Shown: positions 52,263 through 64,000 of the stretch, piece by piece
Layout of the letters: every line of letters begins with the position of its first letter
How positions within the stretch are numbered: position 1 is the stretch's first letter
Source of the DNA: Camelus dromedarius
Lineage: Eukaryota
Length of the DNA stretch: 64,000 nucleotides
Assembly: GCF_036321535.1 (NCBI RefSeq)
Contig: NC_087437.1
Span: 40,674,001-40,738,000 of the forward strand
Reading direction: 5' to 3'
The notes under the pieces: model-generated
The model's input: the letters and a program-made list of their open reading frames with translations, nothing else
What the model was told of the DNA's origin: nothing
The model's database searches: none
Made by a program: the position numbers and the translations under genes

Positions 52263-53635
52263 TGTATTAATTAGCTTTTGCTGCAGTAACAACCCTAAAC
52301 TTCAATATGCTACCACAATGACATCTCTTTTTTTTTGATAATTTTAAAAAAGTTTTTAATTTTTTAATTGAAGTATAGTCGATTTATAATGGTGTAGTTC
52401 CTGGTGTACAGCAAAGTGTTTCAATTGTATATATATTTTTCAGATTTTTTCCATTATAGGTTATTACAATACCTTGAATATAGTTCCATATGCTATACAG
52501 TGGATCCCCATTGTTTATCTATTTTGTGTATAGTAGTATGTATCTGTTACTTCCAAATTCCTAATTTATCCCTCCCCTCCCTTTCCTCCCTGGTAACCGT
52601 AAGTTTGTTTTCTATGTCTGTGAGTCTATTTCTGTTTTGTAAGTAAGTTAATTTGTAGTATTTCAAGATTCCACACATAAGTGATATCATATGGTATTTG
52701 TCTTTCTCTGTCTGACTTCCTTCGCTTAGTATGATAATCTCTAGGTCCATCCATGTTGCTGAAACTGGCATTATTTCATTCTTTTTATGGCTGAATAGTA
52801 TTCCATTATATATATATATGCATACACACACATGCACACACACAAGCACAACTTCTTTGTCCAGTCGTCTGTCAATGGACATTTAGGTTGCTTCCGTGTC
52901 TTGGCTATTGGAAATAGTGCTGCTATGAACATTGGGTGTGTGTATGTTTTTGAATTAGAGTTTTTGTCTTTTCCAGATATATGCCCAGAAGTGGGATTGC
53001 TGGATCATATGGTAACACTATTTTAAATTTTTAAAGGAACCTCCATACTGTTTTCCTTAGTGGCTGTACCAATTTAGATTCCCAACAATAGTATAGGAGG
53101 GTTCTCCTTTCTTCACACCCTCTCCAGCATTTGTTACTTGTAGACTTTTTGATGATGGCCATTCTGACCAGGGTAAGGTGATACCTCATTGTCATTTTGA
53201 TTTGATTTCTCTAATAGTGATACTGAGCATCTTTTTGTATGCCTGTTGGTCATCTGTAATGGCATCTGTCTCTTGCTGTGACTTTACTCCAGGCTGTGGA
53301 TTGGCTTCAGGTCTTTTCCTTAATCTGGACTGTGAATCTGGAATTCAGGCTAAAGGAGCAATTCTGACCTGACCCATGCCATTCTCTCATGGCACAGGCC
53401 AAGAACAAGGGACTGGTGGAAATGGGAAATGCCTCTTCTGTTCCTGCTTGGAACTGACATTTCCACGAACTTTCCATTGGCTAAAGTAAGTCAAATGAGC
53501 AAGACTGAAGTTAATGAGCCGTGTGGTATATTCCTCCCATAGAAGGAAAGTGATTCACATGGCAAAGAGTGAGATTGTATACTTTTTTTATAAGGAGGGA
53601 TTTGAATATTTGTGATGATAATATAACTTATCTCA
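52263..53635 (-). mobile_element. Old MaLR (MLT1-type) solo LTR split by the L1
   Basis: Left part TTAGCTTTTGCTGCAGTAACAAC; right part CCATTGGCTAAAGTAAGTCA...; typical of MLT1 LTRs in reverse orientation. Confidence 0.6.
52329..53257 (-). mobile_element. 5'-truncated L1 (ORF2 C-terminal remnant plus 3'UTR), inserted in a MaLR LTR
   Basis: ORF 52547..52882 contains the L1 ORF2 C-terminus (KKNEIMP..ATWMDLEIIILSE..QTEKDKYHMISL); degenerate TSD AATGACATCTCT (52317-52328) / AATGGCATCTGT (53258-53269). Confidence 0.9.
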
Positions 53636-55439
53636 CTGAGCTCCTGCTATGTTTGAGTCAAAGCAATTGTATTTTGTTTTTGAGGTCCCCCCGCCCCGGA
53701 ATGGGTAGAAGACTGTATATCTGAGGAATAAACTTAAAAAGACTTTGTTGTATTCATTTGTGTAACTTCTTCCACAATCAATTCTATAAAGGTATAAAGA
53801 TTTCCTTTAATGAATAGCACGGATCCAAAATTAATCTACTTCTAACTCTGAGCAGAACAAAACAGTAAGAAGTCATTTTAACTTTATTTGCTTGAAATAA
53901 CAAACTTAAAAAATTTTTTTTCAGCCTTATGAGCATAGTTGATCTTTACCTAATCTAGGACAGTATTTCTGTTTAAAAATGTTTTCCATCTACTTCCCTG
54001 TGTGTCAGCAACATTCCAGGGGTTGAGAGTATTATCTGTATGTGTATTTGACAGAAACTGTTGGGAAAACACTGTCAAGAGAATGTTTGGCCTCTACTTA
54101 ATGGGAGAAGTGAGGGAAGCTTGTTTAGGGATCTGGTTATTCAGCACCGAGGTACCACTTTCTCCTCCAATACCATGTTCAGGGAGGATGTTACAGCCTG
54201 ACGTCCCCTTCCCCTCTGTCCTCCCCCTGACCTCATGCCAGTGCTCTTCCTACTGCTCCATATTTAAGAGGGTTAACAGAGCTGCCTGCATTTTCTTTGT
54301 ATGACATCACTGTCATGCCAGGCTTGGATGATCCCTAAGGGAAAATGAGGCATTTGCCCAATTGTCTATGTGGTAATGTTCCTTTAAAGGAGTTGAGGGA
54401 AGAGACAAGGGTGTTTAATGTTCCTCAAAACTCTTCCTAGTGACTTGTCGTCAGTAAGAATTTCTGCATCCCATTTGGGAGAAGAATGAATCTCATTGGA
54501 GTCTTCTAGCTTTTCAGTAACCAGCTGGCTTCCTCAGCGATGCTCAGGAAAATCCTTAAGTAAATGTATCCCTGCAGCTACTCTCCTTGGATGTGCTAAA
54601 CTGAGTTGCCCGTGAGAGAAGCTCCCTTACAAATCTGTGACTGCAGTTTGGATAACTGACTTTTGTCTTTGGGCTTGGAGCTCATATTTGAAACTGCTTT
54701 TTTGTTCCCTGTTTACTGTGTCTTAATCCATACCCAGGCCTCTCTGTGCTTTGATTCAGTTATTCTGGAGGCTGGCCGCCTGTCTCTGCGATTCCTTCTA
54801 GAGCCCCAAAGGAAAAGTCTACTATTCTAAAGAGTCTGCACTTTAAATCAGATCATTTCAAGCAGACCCGTCAAATTTTGAAAATGGCCATTTCTATGTG
54901 GTACAGCAATAAACAGACAAGTGGATAGAATCTTAATTTTATCGATGTAGGTTATTATCCATGCTTCGTGAACTTTCAGTTCTCAGCATGACACCGCGTA
55001 CCCAGCCCAACCCCACCCTTGGTTTGTGCTGTTCTCAATACACACCATCTGCTTTAATGGGTTCAGAGCACTGCCTAAATGTCTGGCCCCGTGTGTCCAA
55101 GCTGCAGAGACAGAGAGAGGAAGAAGACGCTCTTCCTCGCTCTTGGAGCTCCCAGGCCGGCCGGCAAGACATGCTAGATGATGAAGTAACCGCCTAGTGT
55201 GAATACCTCAGTTCTCCCCACTGATGACGATGATTTTACTTCTTAGCCATTAGTTTTTGCTGTTTCCCCCACCTTTCCTCCCAAAGCTACCCACATTTTC
55301 ATGTTCTTCTGGCACTCAGCTCATATCCCATCTGTCATTAAATGTACAGTGTTAACCACTTGGGCCTCCTCTTCTCTGGTTTCCTATGGGACCCCTAACT
55401 CGGCATATATTAAATTGTCTTGCCACAGATTGTTATACA

Positions 55440-56030
55440 CCTGAAGGCTAGGATCTCCTTAAACTCTCCAAATGGTTTTGTCCTGCAAGGAAAATGAAAT
55501 CCAAGCTCGTTACAATGGCCTGTGGAGCCCTAAGCAGCCTTGTGGCTACTTCATCTCAGAGTTCATTGCCTGAACCCTCCCTTTTGGTTCAGCCACGCTG
55601 ACCTCCTCTCTGTTCTTGAAACACACTGAACTCTATGTTGTTTCTGGGCCTTTGCACTTGTTTCCACCTGCCTGGAATCTCTTGTCTCAGGGGTTCATGC
55701 GACTCTCTTTTTCTCCTGATTCTAGTCTCAACAGAAATGTCACTTCTGCAGAGGGAGACCTTCTGGGCCACTTGGGCTCAAAGCAGCCCTGGTCTTTCTC
55801 TCAAGTTCTATCATCTTTCTCTATTTATCTGTCATCTACCATCTACCTAGGTAACTATCCATCCATCTACTTATTTTATTCATCTCTATTTGGCACATAT
55901 TTATTTACATTTTCATTGTGTGTATCCTCTCTCTATACTGTAAACTCCTTGAAGGTAGGGATTTGCCTGTCTGTGACCGCAGCAGGTACTGACAAACAGT
56001 AGGTAATCAACAAATGTTGGTCGAATGAAG
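55440..56030 (+). mobile_element. L2 LINE 3' fragment; other L2 remnants at ~26.0-26.3, 30.8-31.2, 31.6-31.9, 39.1-39.4, 48.0-48.3 and 58.5-58.6 kb
   Basis: GGGCCTTTGCACTTG..TCCACCTGCCTGGAAT; ACTGTAAACTCCTTGAAGG; 3' end CAGTAGGTAATCAACAAATGTTGGTCGAATGAA. Confidence 0.75.
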
Positions 56031-59000
56031 ATTTTTGCACAGTGCTAAAAAGAGTATTGGGCTTAAAGTCTTTCTGTATAAAAGATGTCATTTACCATAG
56101 CAATTGGTAATAATCTCTGCTCTCCTGAGACATCTCTTACGATGCAGGATGACCTCCTTTGTTGATTGCCTTTTGTGCATACAAAGAACACAAAGCCTCT
56201 GAAATCATCTAATTCAATCTCAGATTTTACAAATGAGAAAACTGTATTTTCATCGACTGCCTTCACAAAGCCCTCTGGGAAACCAAAGTATCTATAATAC
56301 CTAATTATAAATAAGTGCTATTTCTATGTTTTCGATCCTCCAATTTTAATTAAATCAAGGGAAGACTGATTAAAAATCCACAATATTATAATATTAAAAT
56401 ATTTGACATTAAAATCTAGCTAAGGTTAGTTGTAGTTTTTAATGTAGGCAGTCCATGTAGCTCCTTGGAGACCTCAAACAGTCTTTCACCCAATCAGAGT
56501 ATAAAAATCTCATAAAGTATGCTCCATAGAAGAGAAAGTATATCTTTTAGTTTGCTTTATTGCTTTTTTTTTTTTTAATCTGGGAAGAATAGTTGAGACC
56601 TTTGACAGCCTGGAATTTAACATGTTTTTGAAAGTAGACATTTGCTTTGCCCTGTGGGTGCACTGTTCATTTCTAGTTTCTGAGTCTACTTTGAGGATGA
56701 CACCCCTTAGGGTCTGTGGGTCCACAGGCCCCCAGGGTGCGCTCTAGATCCACAGCCCAGAGAACTCCTCTTTGGAGGCAGGTTCCTTTCTTGACTCTCA
56801 GCATGTCTTTTCATTAGGAAATCTGAAAACTGGAAGAGCATATTTCAATGCCAACAGTCTTTAACTGACAGAGGACTGCCAGATTTCATTTGGGGACATT
56901 TCAGTGAATTTCCAACCTATAAGCTATTTGACTGAAAAGTACTTGCTTCCAAGCTGTTAAATTAAAAATTTTTGAGACTGCAAGTTCTTGAATGTATTCC
57001 TTGCAGAGCACTTTAAGGAGCAACTGTTAATGCAAATATAAATATTCAATAATATGGATCAAAGAAATGGGTCAAAGAAATTATACTTCCATGCACTGGT
57101 TTTAGGTGTGTGAACTGACGAATGTTTTGGAAAGTCAATCTATCATGTGAAAATAATCAGGTGCAAAAAAATTTTTTTTTCCCAACAGTCACTGCAATAT
57201 TATTTACGGTAAAAATTGGAGACAACCTAAATGTCCAAAAATAGGGATAGAGTTAAATGGGTTATGAGACATTCAAAGAATAAAATTTTAAGCAACCAAT
57301 AAAATGCTGTCCTAAAGTAATATTTAATGACACAAATTACTCAGAATATATTAAATTAAAAGCTATAACAATAAAGGATATTATTAGTGCATAATATATG
57401 ATCCAATTTCATTCTCTTCTGAAGGCAAAGTGCTGAAATGTGAAGAGGAGGGACCTGTGGGTGGTGGGCTTAGGAATGATTTCTAGTTTCATCTTTCCTG
57501 TGGTCAGCACATTTTTTTTTTAAATCGGGGAAAATATTTAATTAAAAATTAAAACAAAACACAGACGATCCCAGAATAATGAGCATGCTCCTGTTCCTGG
57601 CCATGAAGAGAAACGCTTGGCTTTTGGAATCACACTTCTGTGCATCTCCATTACTGGGAACTGTTTTAGGATCTGTTTCCCCCATGGAATTAGATTAGCC
57701 AACATTATCATTATCACTCTTTTCACTTTGGAGAGAGAATTTCCAGGGAATTTCCAGGGAAAGCTCTGACTTGGTTACTGTATCAGTCTTACACAGCAGA
57801 CTGCAATCACCAGGAGCCTGGAGGTGGGATTTTCCCAGTTGCTACACAAAGCTCAGGCCAGTTTGGGAAGATAGTAAGTATCTGCCCCAAAGCAAATACC
57901 TCAGTCCTATGACTTTGTAGATTGGTTTTCTTTCCTTCCATGTTGACTATCCCCCATCTCCCAAAGACAGCTAGTCCTGATTATTTCTTGGACTGTTCTA
58001 AGAATTTGAATTATTCTCAACAGGTTCATCTTACAAAACAAACACGTAAAAACATCCCTCTGCCACCAAACGCCGTGCCCCCTTTAGCACACTGATTGCC
58101 CGCTGTGGACCGAGTGTTTCCTGCGGGGCCCAAATTCACACTTCACTGTAGTGTGACTCACTAACAATATTTATGCTTATAATTAATCTGTTTGTTTTTC
58201 CAGTATAATTGTAATTGTTTAAAAAAACAGTTTCTTTTCTTATTTTCAGTTTCAACCTCTTTACAGTTTTATTTCTTCTTACAAATGAAAACTGTTGCAA
58301 ATTACTTGTAAAAACCTGCATAAAGGAATGAAGGAAAGCGTCACCTATATCTGGGTTACGGGTGCCCCGAGTAAACACAGCTGTCACCCAAACAGGGAGA
58401 TCAACGTCTTAGGTTTTGCCACACTTTAGCTATTGTCCTTCAGGCTGTCTCCATGCTTCGTATCTTGCCAGTTATCAGCCTTCTCCATTCTGCCTTCTAC
58501 ATCTTCCTTGTCACCATCAGTGGCTTCTGTGTTGCTAAATTCAGTGGACACATTTTAGCCCTCATCTCCCTCCCTTGACCTGTCAGAAGCATTCAACATA
58601 GTTGTTCACATCCTCCTTCTCAAACCTCTTATTTAATCTTACGGAAGTGAGAGCCATGCCTGTGTGTATGTCATGTGCAAGCTTGACGGTGACCTCCTAT
58701 CATTTGTTTAGGAATAAACCCTTGTGACTTTTTTTTCTTCTTCAGTGTCAGATTTTGAAAGGAAGAATGCATCCTCTAGGGGATCCTCCCTGCTGATACA
58801 TCTTTCGTTCATAACATGGTGTCTACTATTAATGGAATCAAAGAATGATATTTACAAGTGACCATGTATTGGTCAGTGTGAGACAACATCAAGAAGCCAT
58901 TATGCCATGATGCTAAAAGAGTGGCCTAGGAGGGGAAAAGATGCCCTTTTGTTCAAAACGAGAAGGAAATGGGAGAATCTGCTTTACAGATATAAAGAAG

Positions 59001-59879
59001 AATAAAAATATTCCTGAGGCAGAGGGTCAGATGGTTTAGAAACTTTCAGGTCCATCTGGACTGTTGGTCATCTGTGCACCTTGACCTATTCTTGGGGCTG
59101 ACCTGTCTGAAATTGTTGCCCTCTCTGAGATCTGAAGCTTGGTTGAAAATGTAAGTTCCCTTTGCCAAGCTAGGCTGGTGGACCTGCTGCCCCGGTGCCT
59201 TTGACCCTTTCCCTTTCCCCAGAGACTGCAGCTTAGATCTGACCTACTCTTTTATGCCTCCCTTAGAAGCAAAGGCCATGATGTCAGGTGTTTAGAACCA
59301 GCCACAGAAGACCCATTTTACTATGTTCTGCATCAGTGAGATATGTAGGAAGTATAATCTCTCTAGGACTGAGGAAGATGGGGTGGGAAATGCGGTGGGT
59401 CAAATTCTGTTTCATATTTTGACAACTGAAGAGTGTCCAAAAAAATGAGCCTCAGTGTTCAGAGTCTGGTACACTTAACAATTAAGAACACTTAATTGGT
59501 TCTACCTGTCATAGGCAAACACTGAGCGTGGAATTTCCTGCCTGTGGATTGGGTCTGACATGGACCCCCATTCCATTCAGTTAATGAGGAATCTCCATGT
59601 AAAAAGATATGAACCCCCCTTGGGGCACATAAAAGGATTAAAACAGCCTCCTTATTATTTTGAACTCTGGGTATCATTCTGTTGCAAGTGGATAAAGGGT
59701 AAAATAGACAAAAAAGAGTCTCTTACTGTGAGGCTACACACGGAGAGTTTACATGGTTCTATATCTAAAATGGCAGAGGGTCTGCCCTCTCTGCCTTCTC
59801 GATTCACACACCTGAGGTCGAAATATTTGCCCATCTTCTTTTATGTGTCAGATGCTTGGATAACCTCCACTTACATAAT

Positions 59880-60100
59880 AGCATTACTTATATGATGCTT
59901 ACTATGTGCCAAGCACAGTTTTAACTGATTCTATATATATTATTCCTACAACAGCCCTGTGAGGGAGATATTATTTTTAACCATCTCCTAATGAAAGATG
60001 AGGAAACTGAGGTAAAGAGCAGTTCAGGCATTTGTTCAAAGTGATACACTAAGTGGCAGAGCTGGGGTTTGAATCCAGGTAGTGGAGCCCAGAGCAGTGA
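59880..60100 (-). mobile_element. MIR SINE
   Basis: TGCTTACTATGTGCCAAGCAC...AGATGAGGAAACTGAGG...GTGGCAGAGCTGGGGTTTGAATCCAGG. Confidence 0.8.
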
Positions 60101-60111
60101 ACCATCTAGAC

Positions 60112-60312
60112 CAGCACTGTCCAGTAGCACCCTGTGCTGATGAAATTGTTTTTTGTGATGTCTGGTGTAGTAGCCATAACCACATGTGGCTACTGAGTGC
60201 TTGACATGTGGCTAGTGGGACAGAAGAACTGAATTTAAAATTTTATTTAATTTTAATGATTTAAATTTAGATAGCCACATATGGTTAGTGGCTATTAAAC
60301 TGGACACCCCAG
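60112..60312. mobile_element. MER3 hAT MITE
   Basis: CAGCACTGTCCAGTAG...CCACATGTGGCTACTGAGTGCTTGACATGTGGCTAG...TGGACACCCCAG. Confidence 0.85.
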
Positions 60313-60678
60313 CTATAGAGTCTGTACTTAATAACTTTCAAAATAACATCAGGAATACGGTGGTATCCGTTACAGAAGAGGACAGTGAGTGCCAGAGGAG
60401 TGGGGGAATTTATCCAAGACTCTGAAGCTAGACAGTGGAAAAGCCAGGAAGCCAGCCTCTAAAGCCACATACTCTGGTCCCCAGAGATGCACTCCCCTGC
60501 CCCATTCACTGTCCGGGCTCCTCATCTCTTTCCAAGCAGGATTGGGAAGCATATCTTTCTTCCTTTGCCCAGAATCTCTTTTTCCCTTCCTCTATTATTA
60601 ACACAGTAACAATAGAACAGCACTTTGTGACAGAACATCATGCTACATGTGGGGGATGTGGCATGGCCCTGTAGAGTG

Positions 60679-60736
60679 GTTTTTTTTTTTTTTAATGTTT
60701 TTTAATTGAAATACAGTCAGTTTACAATGTTGTATC
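60679..60736 (-). mobile_element. Very short L1 3'-end fragment with poly(A), abutting the SINE tail
   Basis: TTTTTTAATTGAAATACAGTCAGTTTACAATGTTG resembles the L1 3' termini at 27.7, 38.5 and 52.4 kb. Confidence 0.65.
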
Positions 60737-60849
60737 TTTTTTTTTAATTTTAATATTTTGGGAAGGGAAGGTAATTAGGTTTTTATTTGTTTTCATGGAA
60801 GTACTGGGGATTGAACCGAGGACCTCGTACATGCTAAGCATGGACTCTT
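60737..60849 (-). mobile_element. 5'-truncated Vic-1-like SINE
   Basis: Similar to the 24.8-kb copy (GGTAATTAGGTTT...GTACTGGGGATTGAACC...GCTAAGCATG); A-box end missing. Confidence 0.85.
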
Positions 60850-60907
60850 CCCAGTCCTTGTAGATTTTAATTGGCTAAATTGGAACCGCTTAACTCGGTA
60901 GTAAATG

Positions 60908-60941
60908 GTGTACCTATTCTTAACGTGTACCTATTCTTAAC
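60908..60941. repeat. Perfect 17-bp tandem duplication GTGTACCTATTCTTAAC x2
   Basis: 60908-60924 identical to 60925-60941. Confidence 0.95.
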
Positions 60942-62315
60942 TTTCTTAAGGGCTTATCTCAAACTACTGTTTTGTATTCTCTTTCTTTTTGGTTATTCTT
61001 CCCTCCAACCAACCCCAATTCTTTTATCACTGGTAACAGAATACATGCTCCCAAATCAAAACAGCCTTTGGTTAAAAGTACTGAAGTTATATCTATCCTA
61101 AGCCTTGCTATTTAATTTGAAATCACCTCCACCAAAAAAACCCCCCAAAACACAACAAAAAACTTCTTTCAATTAGAATCACATTAGCTAATATTGTTAT
61201 TAAAGGAAGAATATACAATAATGTATGATTTGGGTATCTGTCACTTCTCTCAAGCATAGTTTTGAATAAACCAACCCTGTGTTAACCCATGGTGAGCTGA
61301 GCAGTGTCCTGTACCCAGTAACCTCTCAGCAACTACCAGCATTTCATTGATTTGCCTTCCTCTACCTTCCTTTAGTGACTTAGGATTTATCTGAAGTAGG
61401 AAACCTCGCTTCAACTACTGGACATGAATGCGGAAAATAGAACTCTGTTCACCAAAGAAAAACCAAATTCAGGTACTGGTGCACCCAGGCTTCAAGCACC
61501 CATATAATCTTTTCTGGCATCAGTGGAGAAGAAATGCTGTGACTTCGTCAGCTAGCAGCCTGCCTATCGGATCACAAAATGGTATTGCTGTCTCATCTGG
61601 AAACAAGACTCATCCAGCCAGACAGGAGGCAGAATCTAATGTTTCCTGGTGGAGAGGAGCACACCAGTATTTCCAGTGACCTGAAAAGCAGGAGTTCATT
61701 GGAAAGCAGCTTGAGAAGCAACTGAGGAGGACTCTTGTAGGACATTGAAAAAATGGGGAGAAAGGGCATCTGTGTCTGAGTCTCCTTGCTGCTTCCAGTT
61801 CCTCTGTGACATAGCCTAGACTCGATGGATCTCAAGTGATGCTTGAGTTATGCAACAACAGCCACCGTGATGGTACTTAAAAATCCAGAGCATTGACGTA
61901 ATTTAGTGTTCTCATTTCCACTGACTCATTTAGAAGGAACAAATTCACATGATGGTAGGAAAACAGAAAGAGAAAGGGTAAGAAGGCATTTTATAATTCC
62001 TCAAGGTGAAATCTAGCATTTTACCTTTAAACAGAAGCTCTTTCTACTCCCAATCAGACCTCCAAGCCACCTTCTGGAGCAATTCCACCGTCAAACTGTG
62101 CTGTTCCCTGGTGCGCCCACCAATAAAGCAATCAGAAGGGAGCCCCCTCACACTGATGGGCAGCTGGCTCTTTAAGGTGATTTGGACCAGCCTTTCACTT
62201 GTCCAATCATTTTTTTCTCTAAAGGCTGAACTTGAGCTAGTATTGTTGGTGAGACCCTCAGTACCATGAATAATATCACATACACTGATCTCCTTGGTCT
62301 TTCAAGTTAGACCTC

Positions 62316-62492
62316 TGGGGTTCTCAGTCCTTTAGAATCATTTAGAGCAATTTGGGGGGGGGCTTCTAAAACTAACAATGGCCAGTCCCATGCCCAGGAG
62401 ATTTATATTTAATTGGGCTGAGGTGGGAACCTGGCATCAGTGATACTGGGAGGCTCCTAGGTGATTCTAGTGCACAACCAGGGCTGAGACCC
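62316..62492. mobile_element. MER5-type hAT MITE
   Basis: GGGGTTCTCAG...CCTAGGTGATTCTAGTGCACAACCAGGGCTGAGAC. Confidence 0.7.
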
Positions 62493-62966
62493 TAGTTGGA
62501 GCAACTAGCAACCTCAGGTCGTCAGGACCCCATCCTCCTCCTCCTTCTCCTCCTCCTTTTCTTTCTTATTATCTCCTGCAGTGACTCAACAAGTCAATAG
62601 AGCTGGTTCCACTTTCTGAAGTGGAGGGTTTTGTCTTCTTTTACAAACATGATAATATTCTCCATCTCCTGTAAACAAAACAATATATACCTATTTAAAT
62701 AATTTCAGATCATTTGGAGAGATCTAAAAACGAAAGTCAAAATCACTAATTTTCCACTAGAGATAAGAACTCTATTTTGGTGTGTGACTTTCTAGATCAT
62801 TTTCTAGAAATATATATGTATTTCTTTTTGACCCATTCACACCCATCACGATTTACAAAATCGAGACACTTTTATTACCTTTTTTCACTTTAACATAGTT
62901 AATAGGGCAGTAAGTGTAGATATACATCATTTTCAAGAGCTGCAAGATTTGCTCACTTTATGTATA

Positions 62967-63437
62967 CAGACGGTCCCCAGCTTTCAGTGGTTTGACTTAT
63001 GATGATGTTAGAGCAATATACGTTCAGTAGAAATCCTACTTCAAATTTTGAAATCACTTTTCCCAGGCCAGTGATACGTGGTGCAGTGCTGTCTCATGAT
63101 GCAGGGCAGTGGCAGTCAGCCGTGCGATCGGAGTGGAAACAACTGAGATGCTTACCACCATCCTGTACCCATACAATCATGCTGTTATTCACTTTGACTA
63201 CTGTAGTCATTAAATTACATGAGCTATTCCACACTTTATTATAAAACAGGCTTTGTGTTAGATGACTTTGCCCAGCTGTAGGCTAATTGTAGGTGTTCTG
63301 AGCATATATAAGGTAGACTAGGCTAAGCTATGATGTTCGGTAGGTTAGGCGTATTAAATGCATTTTATACTTAGGATATTTTCAACTTATGATGAGTTTC
63401 TTGGGACGTAACCCCCTAATAAGTAGAAGAAGATCGG
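62967..63437 (-). mobile_element. MER47/Tigger5-family TcMar element
   Basis: CTAGGCTAAGCTATGATGTTCGGTAGGTTAGG..TATTAAATGCATTTT characteristic of MER47; degenerate TIRs with flanking TA; interrupts an old L1 fragment. Confidence 0.85.
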
Positions 63438-63834
63438 TATTCAACAATTAATTTAATCTTTTAATGGAAATTGAAGCTCTTCTCATTATTTTGCTCTTGT
63501 AAACAAGGCCACAGTGGACATATATTTTGTAGACATTTCCATCTCTTACCCTAGGTTCCTAGAGGTGGAATTACTAAATTATTAGGTGTGTGTCTTTTAT
63601 GTTCTTGCTTTTGCAAGATTGTCCTTTCAAAAGGCTGTGCCCCTGTACACAGTCCTCAGTATAATATGCCTGTGCCTATTTCCTGTCAGTCTTAGCTTCT
63701 GAAATGGGCAGTTCCCATAAAATGAAAATTTGTATCTGTAAAACTTGATTCAGGCTGCATTTACAGAGTGCCTAATAGGTGCTGGGTGGTAGGAACACCA
63801 AGACATATAAGCCAGGGTTCTTGCCTTCTCCTAC

Positions 63835-64000
63835 CCAGTGCTCCTGGGTACTTTAATATATGTAAATATCACTGGGCATCTTGCTAGAATATAGTGTCTG
63901 CCTTGATAAGTCCGAGATGGGGCCTGAGATTCTGCATTTCTAAGAAGCTTCCAGAAGATGCCTGCACCTGTGCAGCTGGTCTGCATCTGCAGCAAGGTTC
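63835..64000. mobile_element. MER5A-type MITE running to the window end
   Basis: GGGCCTGAGATTCTGCATTTCTAAGAAGCTTCCAGAAGATGC. Confidence 0.65.

Noticed and set aside
54139..54159. Possible REST/RE1 site (TTCAGCACCGAGGTACC)
   Set aside because: Only the left half-site matches; the GGACAG half is absent.
46258..64000. SLC7A14 promoter or first exon
   Set aside because: No CpG island or convincing first-exon structure was seen; the region looks like repeat-rich intron 1.
1..64000. Remaining short ORFs, CRISPR arrays, operon-like systems or processed pseudogenes
   Set aside because: The short ORFs lack recognisable domains and mostly overlap repeats; I saw no repeat-spacer array, prokaryote-like segment or retrocopy.

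Overview
Mammalian genomic DNA, very probably camelid: it carries Vic-1-type tRNA-derived SINEs, and I saw no Alu, Bov-A/BovB or PRE1. The window holds the internal part of SLC7A14 (cationic amino acid transporter family, APC fold) on the minus strand. Six coding exons are present (46104-45801, 25497-25261, 23460-23243, 14543-14397, 11901-11693, 10809-9932; 304+237+218+147+209+878 = 1993 nt). All have GT-AG boundaries with compatible phases and join into one open frame of 664 codons plus 1 nt. The non-coding first exon, promoter and last coding exon were not found and probably lie outside the window. The rest is intron, rich in ancient eutherian repeats (MIR, L2, L3/CR1, MER5/MER3/MER20/MER63 hATs, Tigger-type MITEs, MLT1/MLT2 LTRs) plus younger L1 3' ends and camelid SINEs. 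No second protein-coding gene or clearly novel multi-gene system is supported. The best leads are a SINE insertion with a 3'-transduced, AATAAA/T6-containing segment inside one TSD; two uORFs in the SLC7A14 leader; a duplicated in-frame splice acceptor; an unexplained 36-bp direct repeat with plus-strand micro-exon-like context; inverted L1s flanking the start-codon exon; and an NF-kB/STAT6 motif cluster created by an 11-bp tandem duplication. Repeat family names are recognised by eye and their boundaries are approximate unless a TSD or TIR is quoted.
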